NCBI GenBank assembly: GCA_024626585.2
Contig: JANKJI020000004.1
Coordinates: 134,057,375 to 134,077,083, forward strand
Direction of reading: 5' to 3'
DNA length: 19,709 bases
From: Ginkgo biloba
Lineage: Eukaryota; Plantae; Ginkgophyta
Shown: positions 10,539 through 19,709 of the stretch, one piece after another
Numbering within the stretch: the stretch's first letter is position 1
Layout of the letters: each line of letters opens with the position of its first letter
Made by a program: the position numbers and the translations under genes
Notes under the pieces: generated by a model
What the model was told of the DNA's origin: nothing
Database searches by the model: none
What the model saw: the letters and a program-made list of their open reading frames with translations, nothing else

Positions 10539-12209
10539 TTGATTTTGAAGTGCTCTTCAAGGTTTTCCTTAACCCTCCTTTCAAGGTGAAATTTGCAAAA
10601 GTCTAAACTATAACACCTCATCCTAAACCTTGTACAAAATAGGCACCAAAAATTTCTTGTTGGCCTTTCCTTGATCATTTGCTCATGGATAATACATACT
10701 AGACATATGATGTGTGATGCCAAACTTTTTCCACGGATGTTCAATAATGTCATTTATGAAATGTCTTGCCCAATCACTCTTACCGAAGTGGACACCCAAA
10801 TCTTGTTACAATTCACTTGTATAGAAACTCAATTGTGCTTTAAATCAAATCATCGAGTAATGCTTTAGCTTCCAACCACTTCATCATGTACTTAGTTGCT
10901 ACAATGATGTGCCAACACTAGCCTTTCCAAGTCGAATGAATGAAAGGACCAACGATATCTAGTTTCTATGGCTCACATAACTCTTAAGGCAATATCAACT
11001 AGACAGCATAAAATCCTTTTACAATCATCCTAGTTGTTGGCATATGCCATAATAACTTATGAATTACCAAGTATCTTAAAAACATTTTGGCCACCACAAA
11101 CCAACAATCAAAATCTTCTATGTAATTGCCTCTAACCCACATGCCCGCCTACTAATATAGCATGGGCTTCTTTGAAACCTTAGTTGATTTCCTTTGGCAA
11201 GATGCAGAGATGATGTATTTTGTCCAATCCCATATTGTACAACAATCCCCTAATCAATTGAAAAGCCCTATCTTCATTGCAAAAATCTACATTTCTACAA
11301 CTAGTAAGGCTTTAGAGAACACACAAATCTAGATATCAAACCATAAGTACCATTACCCTAAAAAGTTTACAACACACTTTTTATATGAACAAAATAACAT
11401 GGAAAAATTATGTGTCAATGGTCCACAGTAAAAATTACTCCTTTTCTCAACAATTCATCTAATGGATGAATTACCTTGGCAAACATCCCATTAAGACCTT
11501 GACTTTGTCTAGATGCCAAGGAGGTACCATATGGTCAATATCCTTAATCTTGTAGATCTCCTTAATCACAAACAATACAGTCAAGCATTGTCCTACATGA
11601 GACTAGTAACCAACATTTCCCAAGATTTAGGGTAGCCATGCCCCTGACCAAAACTCCCTACAATACTCCACTACTTAAAAAGTGTTTAAAAAGGTCCACA
11701 AGCCAACCAATCATCCAAGAAAGCTTTTTTCTTATGGACAGCTTCTTAGCAAGATGCATAATGGTCTATTGAAATGTAGCTAGAGAAGTAAACAATCCAA
11801 ATAGTATTTAATTTTATGCATAAATTCCATGTTCTTGAGACAAATGTCATCTTTAATCGGTCCTCAATAGCAATATTGATTTTGTTGTAGGCCAGAAATA
11901 CATATCCTGACATGATAATTTCCAAACAGTTAGTGAAGGGGATCAAGAATGGATCCTTCGTAGTCACTTGTGAAAATCCATGCAAATCCTCAACTTCCCT
12001 TTGTTCTTTGGAGAGATTATAATCAAAGGAGCCCATTCACAAATGCTCATCTTGAAGATTATGTGTGCATCCATCATGTTTTTTGATCCATATCTCAATG
12101 GGTGAGTCAAAATCTCCCAATGTAATAACTACAAATTCTTGTTCTTCTTAATTTGCTTAACATAAACAAATCAAATTCCATGTTTGAATCATGCATGCAA
12201 TCCTGTTAC
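10539..12209 (-). mobile_element. Degraded Ty3/gypsy pol (RT - RNase H - integrase order)
   Basis: RT motifs WAPLIIISPKNKGKLRICMDF, TTKDPFLIPFT and AYNKINIAIEDRLKMTF at ~11840-12035. The integrase zinc-finger motif KEAHAILVGGHVG lies at ~11135-11175, and the integrase core LDIVGPF..HIIVATKYMMKWLEAKAL at ~10860-10965. Many stops and frameshifts. Confidence 0.85.
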
Positions 12210-12309
12210 NNNNNNNNNNNNNNNNNNNNNNNNNNNNNNNNNNNNNNNNNNNNNNNNNNNNNNNNNNNNNNNNNNNNNNNNNNNNNNNNNNNNNNNNNNN
12301 NNNNNNNNN

Positions 12310-12669
12310 TAGAGTCACACGTATAGAGTTTTCATGTTCGTGAGCCAAGTTATCAATTCTTGGCTTTAAGGAAAAAGTGCATCACTCTATTAGGAGAAGG
12401 CACAACACTTTAAATAAAAGATACAATGTTTGGGGGAAGGAACAACATATTTTATGCATGCACCTAAAATCTACTTGGGATCCTATTTTGTATTTAGATC
12501 TAAATTTCAACTTTAGACACAATCTATTGAGGTCACCTTGCCCTATTTTACTGATTTGTGTTGATCAAGCTCTTGCAATGCATATTTGTTTTTTATGCAA
12601 ATTATTTTTTTTTGCTTCTACTCTCTTGAGGATTACTATTTTGTGAATCCTACCCTATTTGTTACATCA
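12310..12669 (+). mobile_element. 3' part of a 5' LTR of a Ty3/gypsy element
   Basis: Ends in ...CATCA (CA at 12668-12669), two bases before a PBS and then gag. The left end is lost in an N-gap. Confidence 0.65.
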
Positions 12670-12671
12670 AT

Positions 12672-12683
12672 TGGTATTAGAGT
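12672..12683 (+). promoter_or_regulatory. Primer-binding site complementary to the tRNA-iMet 3' end
   Basis: TGGTATTAGAGT equals the canonical TGGTATCAGAGC with two C>T changes, directly after the LTR-terminal CA. Confidence 0.75.
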
Positions 12684-12762
12684 AATTTCCTCTTAGGTGA
12701 TAAGTATTTTTCTTAATTTCCCTCATTATGAAGTTTTCTTTTTACTATTATTTTAAATTGAT

Positions 12763-13305
12763 ATGGTTAATACACGATCCATGAAAAAAATTATAATTTG
12801 AGTCCTAGATATGGAATTTATTTTTGATAAGGTTTAAGAACTAGTTAAGGCTCCATCATATCCAATTCATCAATTTACCATGGATATTCCTTCGAAGGAT
12901 GAATGGGATCGGTTAAACCATCTTAGTGATTATGAATATGGAACATTGTAGTATAGAGTGGACAAAATTCAAATTACAGTGATAGAAATGAAGAGGGAGT
13001 AGAAAGAGACTCAACACATGATGGGTGAGCTAGTGATCCTTATGGATCAATTTTAGAATCAACATTTGACATTAGAACCAAATACTTTGGGTTTAAATTA
13101 TTCTCCTCTTCCTTATTTATCTCATTCTAGACCTACTCAAGTAAAAACTTCATCTTCTCCTCCTCACGTAAATCCAACCTTAGGATACAACCCTTTTTGG
13201 ATGGAATCCAAGGTGGACATAGTTTCTTTTGATGAGAAGATAGATATTGAATCCCTTGAGTCTTGTATTTAGTCTCTTGAAGTTTAATATTCTTGTCAAA
13301 ATTTA
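12763..13305 (+). mobile_element. Ty3/gypsy gag N-terminal remnant (truncated)
   Basis: One frame from ATG 12763 reads MVNTRS... through ORF 13066..13272 to KVDIVSFDEKIDIESLESCI*SLEV (cf. gag KxDIPxFDGKxDxExLxxWIxxLEVYF), with several premature stops. Confidence 0.75.
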
Positions 13306-13329
13306 TCTTTCATCCCTCACCATAAACAA

Positions 13330-14160
13330 TATGACAAAGACTAGACCCAAGTAAAAGACATTTCCTATGATTTAGGGATAGTCTTGCTCATCTATAAATC
13401 TCCATTAACTCGCTAACCACTTAAAGATGGGATGACATAAGCTTATAAATGATCGAATGGTCTAGGAAAGCTTTCACCATGCCACTAGACAACTTACCTA
13501 ACAAGTGCCTAATTAATCCTAGGAAGTGTCATTTGGACATTACATATATTGAAGGGCATTTGGATGTATGCATAAATCCCATACTCTAAAATAGACAAAG
13601 TCTTATCTCTTCAACTTATCCCTTCAAAATTGATCATTTGATTGTAACTAGTAAATATGTCCATGAATGAATAGATCTCATGCTTCAATACCTCTTCCAA
13701 AATGCTCTCCATAAAGGAAATTGCGAAGGGATCCTATTTGGATGTTGAATTCAATGCACACTCTAAGTTTTCTATTTTTCTTCAAAGCAATGAGAATCAA
13801 AGAAGCCCATTCACTTGCGTTTACCATGAAACTGATTCCTACATTTGACATCTCATCAATCTCCAACCCAGCTTGCCGATAAAATTCGAATCCATTCGAT
13901 GTGGTTGACTTTTAACTAGTTTAGCCTTTATAATCAATTTCTTCTTACTCTCCCAAAGGTCCCAAGGATCTCCCTTTAGATCATGATATGTCCATGAAAC
14001 TCTCCAAATAAGATAAATTATTCCCTCGATTAATATTGAGTCCTAAGAGCTACCGACAATCACATATTGTGGCTTGTATTTTGTCCCAACGTTCACTTCC
14101 ATGGTTGATGGACCTTCATATCAAATTTCATCTTTACTTGGGAATGTATGGGCTACAACA
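13330..14160 (-). mobile_element. Degraded Ty3/gypsy reverse transcriptase
   Basis: Minus strand: EVNVGT..; SEWASLILIALKKNRKLRVCIEF; DPFAISFMESILEEVLKHEIYSFMDIFTSYNQM; YGIYAYIQMPFNICNV; VKAFLDH (YxDD-equivalent). Confidence 0.85.
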
Positions 14161-14329
14161 ACAACCATGCTTACTTTTCCATACTTGATCTCCAAAAAAA
14201 TGTGGAGGAAATGTATTTCCACCCATTACACTTTGAACTTTTGCATTAAATAGATCATCATCATTTTGATTGCTCTATTAAATTTTTGCCTAAAAACACC
14301 CCAGTAAAAGAATTTTGTATTCTCTTAGC

Positions 14330-14770
14330 TACCAATGCAATAGCCACTATGTGAAAAAGCATCACCTTTCGCACATCAATCAAACATCAATACACAACTA
14401 TCCTTAGGCCCTAGATGTGAGCCTTCTCATGAAGATACCACATCCTCCAAACCTTGTTCATCGTCTAGCCACTCCTTCGAACTTGGTAATGTTGGATCTT
14501 CACTAATTGTCTTGCTCATCAAGTCAATACACAACTTTCATCTACTGCAATTCAATAACAATAGTACTATGACCCCAATCCTATATTGCGCATGCTCAAT
14601 GGAGCAACAATTGTCTGTGAAGTCTGGAATATGTTGTTGTTTTAGGAGACAAGGGAATCATAGCAAAAATCCACTCAAAGTGTTTGCTTTGCCTCGTAAA
14701 TGGCTTGAACCAGCAATAATCCTTAAGGATCAACTTGTCTTTGATCCACCATCCACAGTCGATGACCCAA
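14330..14770 (-). mobile_element. Possible deleted gypsy RT-connection/RNase H/integrase N-terminal remnant from a different element
   Basis: Weak motifs: KPFTRQSKHFEW, IPDFT, HSGY. Confidence 0.35.
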
Positions 14771-14771
14771 G

Positions 14772-15621
14772 TGTCAAGTACTGACTAAATGGGGGTCTCG
14801 GGTGCAAAGCCCACCATCAGCAATGGGCTAGTACACATACATATGAGGCAATAGAATGCATTAATTATAAAGAAGCATCATAAATACATTGAAAGAACAT
14901 TAAGGCATAAAATATGGAGTACAATCCTCTTTTATCACTTCATTTAATGATGGTAAATAGGTATAAATGTCAAAGGAAGGCCTCTCGCACCAAACCCTAA
15001 ACAATAATGCTACGCTCTCACATCTAAATCAACTTTCACTCTCCTATTTATAGTCTTCTCTCTCTTAATAAATGAAATGTCATATCTTTTCAAAATCAAA
15101 TAACATAACCCTAATTGATGACACTTCATTCAATGCACGTCCTTTCATTATTACCCTAGTAAATGTCCTAGGGTTTACACATAAGAACTTCATTAATGGT
15201 GAGTATTCTGCCCGAATTAATGCGACTCGAGTACAACATTAAATGCGGGTTTTTTCTCTTAAACAAATGTGTATATGTTTCAGCATTTAATGTGGCTTTT
15301 CTTCAATAATAAATGCATCTAGTATTTAGCANNNNNNNNNNNNNNNNNNNNNNNNNNNNNNNNNNNNNNNNNNNNNNNNNNNNNNNNNNNNNNNNNNNNN
15401 NNNNNNNNNNNNNNNNNNNNNNNNNNNNNNNATTAATGAAGATTTTGTACCCAAAATTGAGTCTCCTTGTTATCTGTGTACGAATAATCAATGTCTATTT
15501 ATTATGAGTGCATGCCAATTGATTAGCTATTAATGCATGTGTTCTACCCCCCGTTGGCAGGGTGTGGGCCCCACGAGGTACCCAAATTAACCCAAAACTT
15601 GGGACAGTTTTTATCGTCACA
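14772..15621. mobile_element. Possible solo or partial LTR
   Basis: Starts TGTCA at 14772 and ends GTCACA at 15621, with an internal ctatttatag TATA-like motif at ~15045-15054. No target-site duplication was found and it spans an N-gap. Confidence 0.4.
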
Positions 15622-16565
15622 AAAAAAGAACCTTCCCTTCCTTTGTTCAACTCTTCACATTTTTGCTTGTTCATTGTTTATCCTAAAATAAAATATAAAA
15701 TTTAATGAAAGGAACAAAATGTATAACTCTGTTTTCCTCTTGTTTGTTGATGCCCACCACAATATTAAGCTGAAAACCATAATTTCTTAATACAACAGTC
15801 CTCTCTTCTTGTTGGGGCATTGTTTCTTTTCCTAGGTACTAATAAAAACTAATTTCTAGACCTTTCACACTTGTTGGCTGCCAAGCAAAACGATTTCATG
15901 ATGTTTCCTTCTATTGATGCTGCTGAAATCAACTTCTCTTGTTCGTACAGCTACTCTAAAAAGCATACATGGTTTCTCTGCTACTACTTTTTCCTACTAT
16001 TGTTCTTCTAATCTTTTCTCTCATTGTGGGTTGCTTGTAAGCCTCCCCTTGGGATGACTCTCTCACTCAAGCATTACCTTTTCAATATGTTCCCATGATC
16101 GATATTGTTAATAGAGGGGCATACAATATTTGAAATCATGAGGAAATTTCTTAGTTATTTGGGGCAGACCCATGGTTTTCCCCTCAATCATCATGAATTT
16201 CGCTCTTTGTACAGAGTTTTTTATACATATGTAAATAATTAAAATTCAAAAATCACAAAAAATATTATAAAAGACTTTGAAATTTACATGTACATAATAT
16301 AGTTTTGGGAAAATAAGATCAATGTATATATATATATAGTCATGTTTTACAAAATGGCTCACAAAGGAGAAGATATAGCTTCAAAATGAGCTAGTACAAA
16401 AATAACTAGGGGCATACCCCTGATGTTTACATCGTAACATAAACTATGATCATGGCATCTCGCTCGTACTATNNNNNNNNNNNNNNNNNNNNNNNNNNNN
16501 NNNNNNNNNNNNNNNNNNNNNNNNNNNNNNNNNNNNNNNNNNNNNNNNNNNNNNNNNNNNNNNNN

Positions 16566-17886
16566 AGGGATACCAGGTGGAGCCATCCTAATAATATCCC
16601 TCAATATTATAACCTATGACTAGGCAACGACCAATTATTGTCTCATCTCCTCATACATAGCAACCACTTGATAGGCTGGCTCAAATGTCTCCCTCTTAGT
16701 CTCTACCATAAAAGGAGTATTTGGGACAACCTTTGGTAGGATATGGTAAAATATATCCCTTAGACAGTGACCTACAATGGATGTTGGTATTGTGATCTAT
16801 CCTATATTTTCCAAAAAGCATCACATGCTATGGCATGTACATAAAAATATATATTTTTTCTTTCTTAAATAAATTAACAAAGTGATTTACCCAAAGTAGA
16901 AGCCACATCAACTAATCTACTTATGCTAGGAATATTGGGTGGAGGTATCTCTCCTTCTTATTGCTCTTCCTCTATCTGATCCACATGGACATGCTCGGGG
17001 GCATGTTCCTCATGTTCCTTCTTAGGTGTATCTTGCATCTTGGTGGCCTCATCATTTGAATCCCAATGCATCCCTAAGTATGGTTTCCTGGTCATCTCAC
17101 TGACATCCAACTATGTAAAAGATATGTGGGCTCCTCCCTTTCTTCTAAGAGACTCATATTGTGAGGAACCACATGAGACCATTATCTATTTTAGCATGGC
17201 AAGATCGTCAACACCCAATAACATGGATGGGCTTATGCTCGATTGCAACGAATGAAAATACTCAAAGATCCAAGAGAGTACCAAGGAGGAATAACTCAAT
17301 CCACAAGTCCCTCTCTATCTAACCCCATCCAACTTAGACCTCAATCCATCCAGTATATAACTAACCTAGTCAAAATACTCTCCTACTACACACCTCATAA
17401 TAATATGGATCCATGAAGTAGGAATATCACCAAAGTTCTAATTATAGGAAATTTGATAAATAATGGCGAGAGCAATAATTCACCTCACACGAGGGACCCT
17501 GTCCTCTCGAAGCATTAAAGTATTGATCCCATGATGAATAACTAGGGAAACATCATTATAGGGAGCCAAATATTTATAAGCCTCACTCTACTAGAATGTC
17601 CTAAGAGCAACCCTGTCACCTATCTAACTCACTCCCATAATGCGATAAATTTCATATATAGTAATTTGCATCTCACCAAAATTCGATAGGATAAATGCCT
17701 GGTGAGCTACGTCCTAATATCGAACTAGCTCCATGACTTGAGCTAAGTTTACAAGCAACAACATGACTTGACAAGCTCTTCAAAGCCACATGATCTCAAA
17801 AATGCCTTCTCCTCTTCGGTAAGCTATAAATACATGCTATGGAGATCATCGCTAGCCCTCTCTCTATTCATGATGCTCACAAGTGC
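16566..17886 (-). pseudogene. Plant Mobile Domain (PMD, PF10536 / MAIN-like) protein pseudogene with a predicted intron at 16802-16890, probably transposon-borne
   Basis: Minus strand: LTEEEKAFLRSCGFEELVK / MLLLVNLAQVMELVRY*DVAHQAFILSNFGEMQITIYEIYRIMG (cf. PMD ALVERWxxETHTFHLPxGEMTITLxDVxxILG) ... GEYFD*VSYILDGL ... LVLSWIFEYF (cf. LLQxWIYEHF), then an acidic tail. One frameshift lies near 17765. The frame is continuous from ~17760 to 16891, then GT..AG, then an in-frame second exon running to the gap at 16566. Confidence 0.75.
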
Positions 17887-17974
17887 CTACAAGACAACAT
17901 TTTATGCTAATTAGGCTTTGGGAAATGAATCACTGATCAAATTCTTTTATTTTAATTTTATAACTATTCTCTAT

Positions 17975-18079
17975 CATACTGTAGAGATGCATAGATGATA
18001 GTAAATATCGTACAATCGTTCGCTTCCTGAGCACGCATTTCTACAATATTTCTATGCATCTGTGTGCATCTATGGTATG
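17975..18079. repeat. Imperfect inverted repeat / foldback hairpin of ~105 nt
   Basis: agatgcataga (17985-17995) pairs perfectly with tctatgcatct (18051-18061). The outer arms catactgtaga/tctatggtatg and the inner arms aaatatcgtaca/tctacaatattt also pair, with mismatches. Confidence 0.65.
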
Positions 18080-18329
18080 CCTTAAGGCATAAAAAATCTA
18101 TAAAAAAAATACAAATTTTTTAAAAAATGTACATGCATTAGGGTCATGGGGCCCACAAGAATATTTTGTGAAGAAATTATGAAATTCAAATGGTTGAATT
18201 TGATGATTTTCTCATTTTCATCTTNNNNNNNNNNNNNNNNNNNNNNNNNNNNNNNNNNNNNNNNNNNNNNNNNNNNNNNNNNNNNNNNNNNNNNNNNNNN
18301 NNNNNNNNNNNNNNNNNNNNNNNNTAGAT

Positions 18330-19364
18330 GTGAGAATGGCTAGGGTAGAAGAGAGCTTAGGGAGGATGGAGAATCCACTGTTGGTCAAAGAAACTAAAGA
18401 AGAGCAACGAGTAGAAAACATTTTACAGGGGGAAGCCCAAGGATCCAAGGGAACAAAGGGCAACTACCTACCAAGAGTAGAGATCCAAAAATTCGACGGA
18501 AGGGATGTACGCACTTGGATTTGCCAAATGGAATAATATTTTAGTCTACATCAAATATCATCAAACAAAAAGATCATCTTAGATTCCTTGCACATGGAGA
18601 CTAAACCCTTTCAATGATACTAATCGATGAAGAAAAACTGGGTCAGATTGTCCTATTGATGGGAAAATTTTGTCAAAGATCTTGTCGCCTAATATGATAA
18701 CATATGGGAGGATGACTTCTTTAATCAATTAACCAAAGTGAAGCAATCAAGTTCAATTATGGAATACGCCCTACAACATCAGAAGTTGGCAATCAAGGCG
18801 GATGGCTTAAGTGAGGACAATATTTTAGAGCTTTACATTGGGGGGCTGAGAGAGGAAATCAAGCACGAGCTTAGGCTCTTAAACCCTATAGACATCTCCA
18901 CCACCATTAGAATGGCCAAACAAATTGAGGCAAAAAACAAGGCTTCAAGGAGATTCATGGGACCAACCAGTTCAACAAACCACGAAAAATAAGGGGATGC
19001 CCTATCCTTCTAGAAAATCTCACCAAAAGAGTTGGAAGAAAATAGGGCAAAAGGAATTTGCTTTAAATGCAATAATAAGTGGTCCAAGGGTCATAAGTGC
19101 TCTAAAAGACAATTGTTCATTCTTAAAGATGATTATGATGAAGGGGAAGAAACATAAGAAAAAGATAAGTATATGGAGCAAGTGGTAGAAGAAGACAAAG
19201 ATATAGCTACCATCTCCATGCATGTATTGGTAGGTATTGTCACTTCCCAAACACTCAAAACACTGGCACTAACACCAACAGCAGAAATCCTGAACCTCCA
19301 TTACCTTAAGCCTACTCACTTCAGAGTTTCAGTTAACAGTGATGGGCTTTTACAATCTCCCTGA
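18330..19364 (+). mobile_element. Ty3/gypsy (chromovirus, Reina-like) gag with zinc knuckle and a deleted protease region
   Basis: LPRVEIQKFDGRDVRTWICQME*YFSLH..FFNQLTKVKQSSSIMEY..LYIGGLREEIKHELRLLNP (Retrotrans_gag); ISPKELEENRAKGICFKCNNKWSKGHKC (zinc knuckle); ISMHVLVGIVTSQTLK protease leader. The catalytic LIDSGS motif is absent. Confidence 0.88.
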
Positions 19365-19610
19365 ATTTGGAGAATTCCAGAGATCACTGATTACAAAAGA
19401 TGAGGTGCCATTGTGTATCTACCAAGCCAGGTCCTCAGAATTTGGGACGCTATGTCCTTTGAACGCACCAGCTCGAACGTTTTAATCCAATGGAGACAAA
19501 GTGGATTTAATCTAATCCTTAGCCTTAAAATTTGCCAAGGAATGGTCGCAAGTTCGAAAACAGTGGAGGCATCATGTGGAAAAATAACAATGCAATCAGT
19601 TGTTTCTAAC

Positions 19611-19709
19611 CTTTGATCTCGGATGTCGCTGGAGTCCCATTTGGGCCACTGTTAGCAGCACGTAAACGACTTGAATGCCCATGCCGTCGACTGGGTGGAA
19701 TACTGATGT
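19611..19709 (-). CDS. Candidate host-gene exon (partial, runs off the window) ending at a 5' splice donor
   Basis: GC/CpG-rich island with the open frame ISIPPSRRHGHSSRLRAANSGPNGTPATSEIK followed by AAG|GTTAGA (GT at 19610-19609). A second minus frame is also open. No homology recognised. Confidence 0.35.

Noticed and set aside
12527-12540. tgaggtcacctt shared with the repeat unit at ~8591
   Set aside because: Only 12 bp with no extended similarity; chance or a generic LTR motif.
2221-18463. ORFs in the track containing X runs
   Set aside because: They are artefacts of reading through N-gaps. The only real part is the start of 16359..16604, which is PMD exon 2.

Overview
This is AT-rich eukaryotic nuclear DNA from a gappy draft scaffold with 14 N-gaps, many of them about 100-N placeholders. 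It is not prokaryotic. It reads as a large-genome seed plant, and the repeat content suggests a gymnosperm (inference). No complete intact gene is visible. Most of the window is degraded transposons: Ty3/gypsy gag, RT, RNase H and integrase remnants on both strands, LTR-like units, a tRNA-iMet primer-binding site (PBS), the 3' end of an RTE-X-like LINE and a weak copia-like trace. Three things stand out. (i) A minus-strand pseudogene joins a degraded coiled-coil coding segment in frame to an internal fragment of plant VPS13. (ii) A Plant Mobile Domain (PMD) pseudogene, which the ORF track misses, has a frame-preserving GT-AG intron and a ~105-nt foldback hairpin upstream. (iii) A CpG-rich candidate host exon sits at the right edge. 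Stop codons throughout fit methyl-C deamination. All family calls come from motifs recognised by eye, not from database searches.
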